Shown here piece after piece: positions 47,098 to 56,237 of a stretch of DNA of 61,999 nucleotides. Source of the DNA: an uncultured Azospirillum sp. (lineage in GTDB: Bacteria > Pseudomonadota > Alphaproteobacteria > RF32 > CAG-239); contig UQMA01000005.1 in the NCBI GenBank assembly GCA_900542055.1, forward strand, positions 1 through 61,999. Direction: 5' to 3'. Both the position numbers and the translations under genes were made by a program. The notes beneath the pieces are model-generated. The model was given only the letters and a program-made list of their open reading frames with translations, was not told where the DNA came from and searched no databases. The number at the start of each line of letters is the position of its first letter. The stretch's first letter is position 1.

Positions 47098-48416
47098 CAG
47101 TTTTCCTCCTGAGATTTATTTTTATTCTTTTCATATCTTAATTTATCAAAATACTCAATTCGCTTTTTGATTTCACGTTCAAAACCCCGTTCAACCGGCT
47201 CATAAAGTTTTACCCGTTTCATACCATCAGGAAAATAATTTTGTCCTGAAAAGCCATCGGCAAGATCTTGGTCATAAATATACCCTTCATGATACCCCAG
47301 TTGTTTCATTAACTTTGTCGGAGCGTTCAAAATATGCTTTGGAGGCATAAGAGAGCCTGTTTGCTTGGCTAAATCAAAAGCTTTATGCATTGCCTTATAC
47401 ACACCCGCCGATTTTGGCGCGGTTGCCAAATAAGCTACCAGCTGCATAATAGCCAAATCACCTTCCGGCGAGCCAAGCCGTTCATAGGTTTCCCAACAGG
47501 CGATAGCCTGTGTCACCGCATTTGGATCAGCTAAAGAAACATCTTCAACAGCAAACCGTGTCAGCCTTCTTAATATATATTTTGCATCTTCACCCGAAGT
47601 CAGCATACGCGCCGTCCAGTAAAGAGCGGCATCGACATCGGAACCGCGTAATGATTTATGCACAGCCGAAATCAAATTATAGTGGCCGTCGCGCCCTTTA
47701 TCATACACCGGCGCGCGGGAACGTATAATATTTATAAGGCTTTCCTTATTAAATATTTCGCCTGATTTTGCATAATTAAAAACACTTTCAGCCATATTCA
47801 AAATGTAGCGGCCGTCACCGTCGGCAATTGCTTTCATTAAATCTCTGGCTTCTTCATCAACCGGCAGCTTGCGTCCGATTTCTTTTTCGGCACGCTGAAG
47901 CAAAACTTCAAAATCATCCGGTGTCAGGCGATTAAGAACAAAAACCTGACATCTCGACAATAACGCGGCATTAAGTTCAAAAGATGGATTTTCGGTTGTT
48001 GCTCCCACCAAAATAATCGTACCATCTTCCACATAGGGCAAAAAACCGTCTTGCTGTGATTTGTTAAAGCGATGAATTTCATCAACAAAAAGCAATGTGC
48101 CTTTACCTTGAGTTGTACGGCGGTCAATAGCATATTGAAACACTCTTTTTAAGTCGGCAACACCCGAAAACACTGCCGATATTTGTTCAAAATACAAATT
48201 TGTATGCTCTGCTATCAAGCGGGCTATGGTTGTTTTACCGCACCCCGGAGGTCCCCATAAAATAAAAGAACTGATTTTTCCGGCTTTAACCATACGCCCC
48301 AAAGGCGAATTTTCGCCGACAATATGATCTTGTCCGACGACTTCGCTCAAAGTCTGAGGGCGCAAACGATCTGCCAAAGGACGTTTTACTTGATGGGAAA
48401 AAAGCGTGTCTTCCAT
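47097..48416 (-). CDS. rarA: replication-associated recombination protein A (RarA/MgsA)
   Basis: GPPGCGKTT, LFVDEIHRFNK, MgsA C-terminal region. Confidence 0.93.
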   Translation of the reverse strand: MEDTLFSHQVKRPLADRLRPQTLSEVVGQDHIVGENSPLGRMVKAGKISSFILWGPPGCGKTTIARLIAEHTNLYFEQISAVFSGVADLKRVFQYAIDRRTTQGKGTLLFVDEIHRFNKSQQDGFLPYVEDGTIILVGATTENPSFELNAALLSRCQVFVLNRLTPDDFEVLLQRAEKEIGRKLPVDEEARDLMKAIADGDGRYILNMAESVFNYAKSGEIFNKESLINIIRSRAPVYDKGRDGHYNLISAVHKSLRGSDVDAALYWTARMLTSGEDAKYILRRLTRFAVEDVSLADPNAVTQAIACWETYERLGSPEGDLAIMQLVAYLATAPKSAGVYKAMHKAFDLAKQTGSLMPPKHILNAPTKLMKQLGYHEGYIYDQDLADGFSGQNYFPDGMKRVKLYEPVERGFEREIKKRIEYFDKLRYEKNKNKSQEEN

Positions 48417-48423
48417 AATTCAC

Positions 48424-49698
48424 CTACCGGCCGCCTCTGTCATATCCTATATTTGTTTGTTGTTTTTGATGATGGCGCGATGCCAATTCCTGTTTTTTTC
48501 GTTCTTCAATAACCTGCCGCAACTCTTCTTTGTTGGCTCTATTCTGCTGGCGGATATATTCCAAACTATCCTTATCTTCAACCGGAGCTTTTTCTTTTCC
48601 AGCAACAGCTTTATGTATTTGCTGCCCTATTTTAACCAGCTTGTCAACATTCATTCCGTCAAATCCGGCAACATTGATAACGCCGAATTGTTTGCCTCCG
48701 TTCAGAAAAATCTCAGTTAAATCAATATTCATCCCCCCTCGTGCTTTTTTGTTTTTAGGAGCTAAAATACGTTTTAATTCGGCTGCTGACGGAGGGTATC
48801 CCAAAGCTTGTGCAATTTGCTCCGGCGTAATAATGCATTCGCTTAAATCAAGTTCCAAAATATTAACACCGGTAAAGTCGACACCGCTGAAATCAACACC
48901 CCGCAAACTGACTCTGGTTAAATCAATTTTCTTCAAATCGAGCATCGTCAGATTTAAACGCGTTAAATCAAGTTTTTCAGGATAATATTTTGCAACAAAT
49001 TCTATCAGTTGCTGAAGTTCTTCAAGACTGATATCATCTATTTCCAAATCCAACAAAATTGCATTTTGAAAAAAAGCATCGGTAAAAACGGCATTTTTCA
49101 AAATAGCGCCTGTAAAATTGGTGCCGATAAGTTGCGCGCCGGCAAAAGTAGCTCCCGACAAATCAGCTCCCGAAAGATCCGTATTGGTTAAATTTGCACC
49201 AGAAAAATCAGCCCCCCGCAAATTGGAGCCGGAAAAATTAACGCCTGACAAGTTAGCCGCAGAAAAATTGGCATCTTGTAAATTTTCGTGATCAAACTCT
49301 CCGTTTTCGAGGTTTTTACCATTAAATTCGATATTAAGCAGAGGTAAATCATCTTCATCTTCTTCAGGCAAAGACACAGCGTGCCACCCGCTATCATCGC
49401 CATCACCAGCCGGCGCAGTTTTTTTCGGATTATCCGCATCATCGTCAGAAACATCATCGTCTGTTTCTTCGTTGACATCTTCATCTTCCGCTAAAAATCC
49501 GCCGTTAATAAAGTCATCTTCATCATAAAACGAGCTTTGAGGCAAATCTTCTTCAAAATCTTCGTGAGGCGGAAAATCGTCATCTTCTTCAAGATATTGG
49601 TCTTGAGGAATTAAAGGAGCTTCTGCCGCCGCCATTTCAGCACGGGTTTTATCTCTGATTGCTTTCAGAGCGGCGATTTTCTTTTCTTTAGCAGCCAT
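48424..49698 (-). CDS. pentapeptide-repeat protein with highly acidic N-terminal region
   Basis: About 110-aa D/E-rich N-terminus. Then tandem A(D/N)LSG-type pentapeptides (NFSAANLSGVNFSGSNLRGADFSGANLTNTDLSGADLSGATFAGAQL...) and a second block. Confidence 0.8.
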   Translation of the reverse strand: MAAKEKKIAALKAIRDKTRAEMAAAEAPLIPQDQYLEEDDDFPPHEDFEEDLPQSSFYDEDDFINGGFLAEDEDVNEETDDDVSDDDADNPKKTAPAGDGDDSGWHAVSLPEEDEDDLPLLNIEFNGKNLENGEFDHENLQDANFSAANLSGVNFSGSNLRGADFSGANLTNTDLSGADLSGATFAGAQLIGTNFTGAILKNAVFTDAFFQNAILLDLEIDDISLEELQQLIEFVAKYYPEKLDLTRLNLTMLDLKKIDLTRVSLRGVDFSGVDFTGVNILELDLSECIITPEQIAQALGYPPSAAELKRILAPKNKKARGGMNIDLTEIFLNGGKQFGVINVAGFDGMNVDKLVKIGQQIHKAVAGKEKAPVEDKDSLEYIRQQNRANKEELRQVIEERKKQELASRHHQKQQTNIGYDRGGR

Positions 49699-49769
49699 TT
49701 ATCCCCCAAAAAATCTCGTCAAAACACTAATTCGTATAATAGCTTATTTTTTTGTCTTTTACAAACTTT

Positions 49770-50351
49770 TTATAAGCAATCGTCAAGATTTTCGGCTTCA
49801 ATAATCTGAAGCGACACTTCGTATTTGAAACCGGCGCGAACCAATGTTGCCAAATCCTTTTGCCGATTAGCTCGGCGGCTTTCTTCATCAGAGCGGAAGG
49901 GACCTATTTTTTTCTTTGCCGCAAAACGTTTTGCCATTTCAGCCTCGTCAAATTCACGATTTTGTAAAATTTGATCAATAACGTCTTCTGAAACCCCTTT
50001 TTGCTGCATTTTTTGACGTATATACCGCTCAGGTTTGCCCGCTAAAAGATAGTTATCAATTTTGAATTCAGCATAACGGTTGTCATTTAAATATCCAAGC
50101 TCTTCAAAATGGGAAGTTATTTCATCAATCCATTCCTCGGCTTCCGTTCGGCTAAAATCAGCATCGCAGCGAGCGTAGTCCGAAACCTTTCGTTTTAAAA
50201 CTTGACGAAGATTTGCTATCGACGAATCGAATCGCTCAAGATAGTAAAGAGCAATATTCTGCAGCCGTGTTTTAGTCATTTTTCGGATTCGTTTTGCAAA
50301 TTTTGGTTCATTTTTTATTTTTTCAATCATAAAAAACCTATTTTCTTGCAT
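49770..50351 (-). CDS. recX: recombination regulator RecX
   Basis: RLQNIALYYLERF... with three helical repeats. Start may be 50330. Confidence 0.75.
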   Translation of the reverse strand: MQENRFFMIEKIKNEPKFAKRIRKMTKTRLQNIALYYLERFDSSIANLRQVLKRKVSDYARCDADFSRTEAEEWIDEITSHFEELGYLNDNRYAEFKIDNYLLAGKPERYIRQKMQQKGVSEDVIDQILQNREFDEAEMAKRFAAKKKIGPFRSDEESRRANRQKDLATLVRAGFKYEVSLQIIEAENLDDCL

Positions 50352-50429
50352 TTTATATTAACTTCATGTTAAACAATAAATAATATTTTGCAATAAGAAA
50401 CATGTTTTAACAACTATGGATTTTTGATA

Positions 50430-51035
50430 ATGAAAAAATTTCTAGCCGTATTAGCTGTATTAGCTATGGTAAGTGCTTGCGCTTCCACCGAAGACCAAGC
50501 CGCCCCTAAAAAATTTAAAGAATCTCGTTTTGATGCGCAGCAGCAAATTAATCTCAAAGTTAACAAAGTTGAAGTCGTATCCGAGTTTGTTCCGTCTTTC
50601 ACACGTCCGAACGTTGAACATTTGTTCCCTGTTTCAATTGAGAAAACAGCAATCAATTGGGCTAATGATCGTTTGAAAGCAGTTGATTTTTCATCCAACA
50701 AACAAGCTACATTCACTGTAAAAGACGCCAGTGTTACAGAAGAAATTATCAAATCTGAAAAACTGTTTGAAAAAGACAGCATTAAATATCGTGCAAAACT
50801 GTCTGTTGTCTTAAAGGTTAGCGACCCATATAAATTTTCAAGCGCTGAAACTTCTCTTGACGCGTGGAGAGAGTTGACAATTCCTGTTGACACACCTATT
50901 GAAGAAAAAGAAGTTTATTGGAAAAATATGGTCGATAAATTGTTTGAAGAATTTAATGCCCGTATGCAGCTGAATATTCACAAATATTTGAATATGTACA
51001 TTGAAAACAGCCAATACATCGCTGAATACGAATAA
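50430..51035 (+). CDS. lipoprotein of unknown function
   Basis: ATG at 50430 gives MKKFLAVLAVLAMVSAC lipobox. Confidence 0.65.
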   Translation: MKKFLAVLAVLAMVSACASTEDQAAPKKFKESRFDAQQQINLKVNKVEVVSEFVPSFTRPNVEHLFPVSIEKTAINWANDRLKAVDFSSNKQATFTVKDASVTEEIIKSEKLFEKDSIKYRAKLSVVLKVSDPYKFSSAETSLDAWRELTIPVDTPIEEKEVYWKNMVDKLFEEFNARMQLNIHKYLNMYIENSQYIAEYE

Positions 51036-51041
51036 TTTCGG

Positions 51042-51458
51042 CTAGTTAGCGCAAGCCATTATCGAATCGCCCGCATTAAATTGCAATATCGGCATTTTAA
51101 TGTTTTGGGCGATTTTTTTGCTTGCTTTTATAATGCTGCAACTGCCATAAAAAACAGCGTTAGAAGATTTCAGCGGAGCTTGCGAACTAAACTCAAAATA
51201 TTCTCCAGGTTCAATTTCAGGAATTTCTCCTTGAAACCCCGGTGTAGTATCGGAGAAAGAATTACCGCAAGAATCGGTAATATTCCAGTCTTTGCCGACC
51301 AATGTAATTTTTTCATCAGAAGTGTTTTCAATGCAAAAATAATACCCCCATACAAACTCTTTGCCAGAAGCGTTTGTATGTGTATCAACCAATTCGGAGG
51401 CGGCTGTAATAACCAAGCCGTCTTCTTGCGTTGTAATCATTTCTTCCGTAGTTTGCAT
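51042..51458 (-). CDS. apaG: ApaG (DUF525) protein
   Basis: YYFCIENTSDEKITLVGKDWNITDSCGN...GEIPEIEPGEYFEFSS. Confidence 0.85.
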   Translation of the reverse strand: MQTTEEMITTQEDGLVITAASELVDTHTNASGKEFVWGYYFCIENTSDEKITLVGKDWNITDSCGNSFSDTTPGFQGEIPEIEPGEYFEFSSQAPLKSSNAVFYGSCSIIKASKKIAQNIKMPILQFNAGDSIMACAN

Positions 51459-51593
51459 TGTTTAACCTTCTATTAACCTTTATTAAAAAAAGGTTATGCT
51501 GAGTCTGATAAATATGCAAATACGGAATTACTTTGTTCACAAAGTTATACACATTTAAATGATGACAATAATGAAAACAGATATCCTTCATTG

Positions 51594-51755
51594 AACCGGT
51601 GGAGGTGCTTATCAGCTAAAAACCGCATGGTTTAACCGCGATCGCCGGTGTGAAATGATGCTAACAGCATCTTTACATTCTAACCTCGGCATCGCAAGAG
51701 GGCTGCAAGGTATGAATATCCCCTGTAAACCGGAGGGCAGCAAAGCTTGCAATCA
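51594..51755. ncRNA. GC-rich structured intergenic element; candidate ncRNA of unassigned class and strand
   Basis: Clearly more G+C than surrounding spacers and no ORF over 12 codons. Helix 51638..51647 / 51687..51695 encloses the hairpin at 51657..51671. A terminator lies adjacent. Confidence 0.4.
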
Positions 51756-51790
51756 CAAAAAAGGCTCTCTTTCGAGAGCCTTTTGCTTTT
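51755..51790. terminator. bidirectional terminator
   Basis: AAGGCTCTC-tttc-GAGAGCCTT flanked by A6 and TTTTGCTTTT. Confidence 0.85.
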
Positions 51791-54698
51791 ACCATGTATA
51801 GCTTATTCCTATCCCAGCAGAGAAAGAATCATAACTTGAGCCGTAAGTATAATTGCCCCAAGAATAGCCGTATATACTATCGTTAAAATGATAATTTCCA
51901 CCAACTTCAATGCGAGATAAAGTCTGATCGTGATATGTGGTCAGTTCATTCATTCTTGAAATTTTAACATTATCATCGGCAGTTATGGTCTGTATTATGC
52001 TAGGTTTAACATAAACACGTCCATCAATATAATCTTTTTCTATTTTAACTCCCAATTCTGCTTCAAAATATTTTATATTATCCCAGTTATAATTTTTTCC
52101 CATATTATCAGAAGCAGAATCGAAGTTTAATTGAGTATAGTAAAAACCAATACTTGGGGACATTGTTAATTTCTTTCCGATATCATAAGTTTTACCATAT
52201 TCAGTCATTAAGCCAAATTCAACTCCGTCCGTATCAAAAGACATTCCATCATCAGTGCCAATTTCAGCCTTTTGTCCCCCTCCATATACACTGGCAAACA
52301 ACCAATGCATATTTTTATCATAGCGATAATATAATCCGCCTAGATAGCTATCAATTTTAATATCGCTGCCGATTGACGAATGAAGTTTAGTTCCTTTTCC
52401 CGATAAGTCATAACTGCCGTCACGATAAGAAACAAAGACACCTAATGTATTATTGATGTCATTTTGAAGGTCAAAACCACCTTCGACTCCCCAAATTTTG
52501 GCATCCATACTCACAGGTTTGTCAATATTAGCATTTTCTCCTTGTGTTAATACCCATGCATTGCGAAGTTTTTCTCCATTCCACGCATCTGATGCGATTT
52601 TGGTTTCCGAAACCTTATTATTAACATTTCGGAAAACGTTGCGAGTTTGTTCAACAGCTGCCTCATGCAAACCTACTCCCGCAATAATTTCCGGATTATA
52701 TACTATTGCTTTGGAAGCAGCTGGTTTTCCAGGCTCCGGAAACGTAAATTCATCGTCAATAGATAATATCGGAGGAACAAAATCTACATAGTCTTTTTCA
52801 TTATTTTCTTCTGTTCCGACCAAATACCAATAACTTCCTTGTGTTTCTCCATTTATATTATAGGCTACAGTCCATTTATACGGACTTCCGTATACTCTAA
52901 ACACACTAGGGGTTGTTCCGTTAACATCATTTGGAGCTTCTATAAATAAAACGCTTGCTCCTCTGTTATCTTCTCTGGTTTTATCATAAACTACAACCTG
53001 TGTCGTTCCCTCTATTTGACCACTGATTGACAAAATATCTGCAACCCATTTATCATTATTTTTCAACACATCGACGTGAAGGAATGTGTCTCCGGATGCT
53101 GTATAATTTTTCATTTTAATTTTATCAGCATAGTCATTATATAAGTAGAACCAAGAATCATTCAGCGTTAAGCTTGTTACTGCGTCAGCATCAAAATCAG
53201 GCGCTTTATAATTATTTTTTGCTGTTGCAACAAAGTTTCCTCTACAATTATCACCACAACCATAATCATCAGTATATGGAGCTTTGTTAAAAGACAAAAC
53301 AGCTCCGTCAACAGCGACTTCTCTAGCGTTAGAAATATAATTATTCATAAAGAATTTGCCGCTTCCATAACCTTTTATAGCAATATCATAAACCGCATTT
53401 TCTCCGGTTGCAATTCTTCCCATTATACTATCATTAAAGTATAAATTTCCTTTTCCTGTAATATCAAAAGTCAGCTTAACAGGTGTATTGCTCTCATTGT
53501 CAACAAATATCGCATTATACGCTTTGCCATATTCATTTTTTGCATAGTTACCGGTAAAATAATTATCTAAACCATTAGCAACAAACGTCATATCACCGCC
53601 AATGTACAGTGCGCCTCCATAAGCGTGTGTTGATGAGCTTTCCGCATAATTATTTATAAAGCTTCCTGTAATAGTATTTATACCGTTAGCTGAATGTATT
53701 GCTCCGCCTAATGCTTGCGGCGCTGAAACATAATTCCCAATAAAATTGCCATATATATCCGGCATAACACCTGTTTCCGCATTCATAATAGCACCGCCGT
53801 AAGCATAACTGCCTGCTTTAGCATAATTTCCGATAAAATCAGCCTGAATTAAAGGAATAATAATACCGCCTTCTACATTTTCATTACCTATTCTGGCAGC
53901 AGCGTTAAAAATTGCTCCTCCTCTAGCGTGTACTCCGCCTTCCACATAATTTCCAATAAAGGTTCCTTTTATTTTTTCAATAGTGCCGGTAAGATTAACA
54001 ATAGCCCCTCCCCCGGAAATTCCATTTGAAAAAACATGATTTCCTATAAAATTAGCATTTATTTCCTTAAAGCTACTTATTAAATTAGCCAGCGCTCCGC
54101 CAGCGGCCCGTGCATCACTGCTCGGTTTTTGGTGATTTACAGAATTGCCTATAAAATCACCTACCAACAAATTTACGCTTCCAGGCATGTTATAAGAGGC
54201 TCCGTTTTGCATGGCTCCGCCATATCCCACCGGATCGGATGTTCCAAGTTGCAGTTCATTACCAATAAAATCAGCTGTTAATTTTTCTATTTTTCCTCTG
54301 TTTACAAATGCACCAGGACTTAACCAATTTGTTCCTTGGGATTTATAAAAATACCCAGTGTATTCATCTATATTACTTGAATTGTCTTGTCTGGTATTAT
54401 GAACTTGTCCTAACTTATCTTCTCCAAGAAAATCAAGAGATATTTTTTTATACACCGGAGAGGTTGTCAAATCATCGTTAATTTTATAAAAAACAAAATC
54501 ATTATCATTCACAGAAGCAGGAGCATCAAATGTTATGCTGTACCCGCTATTTATCGAAGATTGATTTTTTTCATAGGCTTTATCAAGTGAGGGAACATAT
54601 TTATTAAAATCATACAAAACGGTTTCGCCTGAAATGGCTGCACTTGAATATAAAAATGGGCTAAGAGCTAATAATTTTGCGTAATTTTTAGTTTTCAT
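51789..54698 (-). CDS. autotransporter with Pmp-type (GGA[ILV] / FxxN) passenger repeats
   Basis: Signal peptide. Many alternating GGAI/GGAL and F(I/T)GN motifs (ADFIGNYAKA...YGGAIMNAE...). C-terminal beta-barrel ending SAGIGISYTW. Confidence 0.85.
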   Translation of the reverse strand: MKTKNYAKLLALSPFLYSSAAISGETVLYDFNKYVPSLDKAYEKNQSSINSGYSITFDAPASVNDNDFVFYKINDDLTTSPVYKKISLDFLGEDKLGQVHNTRQDNSSNIDEYTGYFYKSQGTNWLSPGAFVNRGKIEKLTADFIGNELQLGTSDPVGYGGAMQNGASYNMPGSVNLLVGDFIGNSVNHQKPSSDARAAGGALANLISSFKEINANFIGNHVFSNGISGGGAIVNLTGTIEKIKGTFIGNYVEGGVHARGGAIFNAAARIGNENVEGGIIIPLIQADFIGNYAKAGSYAYGGAIMNAETGVMPDIYGNFIGNYVSAPQALGGAIHSANGINTITGSFINNYAESSSTHAYGGALYIGGDMTFVANGLDNYFTGNYAKNEYGKAYNAIFVDNESNTPVKLTFDITGKGNLYFNDSIMGRIATGENAVYDIAIKGYGSGKFFMNNYISNAREVAVDGAVLSFNKAPYTDDYGCGDNCRGNFVATAKNNYKAPDFDADAVTSLTLNDSWFYLYNDYADKIKMKNYTASGDTFLHVDVLKNNDKWVADILSISGQIEGTTQVVVYDKTREDNRGASVLFIEAPNDVNGTTPSVFRVYGSPYKWTVAYNINGETQGSYWYLVGTEENNEKDYVDFVPPILSIDDEFTFPEPGKPAASKAIVYNPEIIAGVGLHEAAVEQTRNVFRNVNNKVSETKIASDAWNGEKLRNAWVLTQGENANIDKPVSMDAKIWGVEGGFDLQNDINNTLGVFVSYRDGSYDLSGKGTKLHSSIGSDIKIDSYLGGLYYRYDKNMHWLFASVYGGGQKAEIGTDDGMSFDTDGVEFGLMTEYGKTYDIGKKLTMSPSIGFYYTQLNFDSASDNMGKNYNWDNIKYFEAELGVKIEKDYIDGRVYVKPSIIQTITADDNVKISRMNELTTYHDQTLSRIEVGGNYHFNDSIYGYSWGNYTYGSSYDSFSAGIGISYTW

Positions 54699-54748
54699 GA
54701 TAGTCTTCTCAAAATAGTTATAATTATTTTTTAAGTATTTAAATCAAA

Positions 54749-54775
54749 GAACAAGACTCGCATGGAGTCTTGTTC
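54749..54775 (-). terminator. terminator after the small lipoprotein gene
   Basis: GAACAAGACTC-gcatg-GAGTCTTGTTC, with TTTGATTT on the minus strand. Confidence 0.75.
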
Positions 54776-54791
54776 TAAAAAGCATACAAAT

Positions 54792-55085
54792 TTAATCGTT
54801 ATCTTCACTTGTATTCGTGACAACAGGCTTTTTAACCTCTTTTTTCTTTTGCATAAACATATTTGGAACCGGCTCTTGTTTGCCTTCTATTTCCATCTGT
54901 GGATTAACAAAATTAATGGTTCCTTTTTCATAGAAATAAAAATCACGGCGAATATTTGCTTTGTCCTTTATAGACAATTCATTCCACTCTTTTTCGCTCA
55001 TATCATAAGGATAAGTTTCTTTTGGACCGGTATTGCATGCGGACAGCAAAACAACAACACTCAGCAAAGCAACATTTTTCAGCAT
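54792..55085 (-). CDS. small lipoprotein
   Basis: MLKNVALLSVVVLLSAC lipobox. Confidence 0.6.
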   Translation of the reverse strand: MLKNVALLSVVVLLSACNTGPKETYPYDMSEKEWNELSIKDKANIRRDFYFYEKGTINFVNPQMEIEGKQEPVPNMFMQKKKEVKKPVVTNTSEDND

Positions 55086-55123
55086 CTGTTTTTCCTCTCA
55101 AAAAATCATAAACAAAACAAATT

Positions 55124-55645
55124 TTAGGCAGCTATTGCATTTGTTTCCAAAATATTAAGCAATTTTTTCGTAGCGTCATCAGCGGAAATATTTTGACAAA
55201 TAGCATACTCACTGGCCAAACGATCTAAAGCCTGTTCATAAATCTGTCTTTCGCTGTAAGACTGTTCCGATAAATTTTCGCGACGATACAAATCACGCAC
55301 CACTTCGGCAATAGCTACCGGACTGCCGGAATTAATTTTATTTTCATATTCCTGTGCGCGGCGCGACCACATAATTTTTTTAACTTTGGCTTTTCCTTTC
55401 AACACTTCCACAGCATCATCCATAACCGATGTTTCGGAAATTTTGCGCAGACCATTGCTGCTGGCTTTTGCCAAAGGGACACGCAGTGTCATTTTATCTT
55501 TATCAAAATTAACAACAATCAGTTCCAATTCGGATCCGGCAACATTTTGAGTGTATATATCGGCAACCTTACCAACGCCTTGTGCCGGATAAACCACATA
55601 TTCACCAGAATTAAAAGCAATTTTAGATGTTGTTTTTTTAATCAT
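55124..55645 (-). CDS. carD: CarD-family transcriptional regulator
   Basis: FNSGEYVVYPAQGVGKV (Tudor-like RID) plus a helical C-terminal domain. Confidence 0.88.
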   Translation of the reverse strand: MIKKTTSKIAFNSGEYVVYPAQGVGKVADIYTQNVAGSELELIVVNFDKDKMTLRVPLAKASSNGLRKISETSVMDDAVEVLKGKAKVKKIMWSRRAQEYENKINSGSPVAIAEVVRDLYRRENLSEQSYSERQIYEQALDRLASEYAICQNISADDATKKLLNILETNAIAA

Positions 55646-55756
55646 ATTAAATTCCCACCGTTCAAAATTTAAAAACCTTTAAAGCCTTGTTTTCCGCAAG
55701 ACAGGTGACAATATACCATATTTTGCCCCCTAAATCCAGTAGTTTTTTAATTTTTG

Positions 55757-56236
55757 TCAAGAGCGCTTAATTTTCGGAAAAAGTCCAGTTTGACGCAAAG
55801 CTTCTCCCAATACCATAGTGGCAGACACAGCCACATTTATAGAACGGGCTTTTTCCGTCATCGGAATAAGCAGCCGCGCATCAACGGTTTGGTGAACCTG
55901 TTCGGGAACACCGGCGCTTTCACGTCCTAGTAAAATAACGTCATTTGCTTTAAATTCAAATTCTGTATAAGGACTGGAAGACTTTGTCGTCAATAAAACC
56001 AACCTTCCATATTCATCGGGATGAGCTTCGGCATAGGCCATAAAATCCTCCCACGAGTTATGGCGACGATATTTTACCAATTCCAAATAATCCATACCAT
56101 AACGCCTGAGGGCATGTTCACTGAACAAAAAACCGCATGGCTCAATAATGTCCACTTCTACCCCGACACAGGCACCAAGCCGCAGCATGGTGCCTGTGTT
56201 TTGCGGCATATCAGGCTGAAAAAGCGCCAAACGCAT
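55757..56236 (-). CDS. trmL: tRNA (cytidine/uridine-2'-O)-methyltransferase TrmL (SpoU family)
   Basis: LFQPDMPQNTGTMLRLGA, LLGRESAGVP, SINVAVSATMVLGEALRQ. Confidence 0.88.
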   Translation of the reverse strand: MRLALFQPDMPQNTGTMLRLGACVGVEVDIIEPCGFLFSEHALRRYGMDYLELVKYRRHNSWEDFMAYAEAHPDEYGRLVLLTTKSSSPYTEFEFKANDVILLGRESAGVPEQVHQTVDARLLIPMTEKARSINVAVSATMVLGEALRQTGLFPKIKRS

Positions 56237-56237
56237 T

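Noticed and set aside
50414-50893. 159-aa minus-strand ORF
   Set aside because: It is antisense to the lipoprotein gene at 50430..51035, which has a clear lipobox start. This ORF has no recognisable features.
51590-51790. Attempts to assign the GC-rich element to SRP RNA, tmRNA (minus-strand ...CACCUCCACC resembles an acceptor 3' end; plus-strand mini-ORF ANSIFTF*), or 6S, fluoride, TPP, cobalamin or glycine riboswitches
   Set aside because: Only short partial resemblances were found. There is no helix-8 AGGUCAGG...AGCAGC context, no T-arm or GGGG 5' partner, and no tag ending in AA. There is also no CUGAGA, no B12 box and no end-to-end rod pairing. Left as unclassified.
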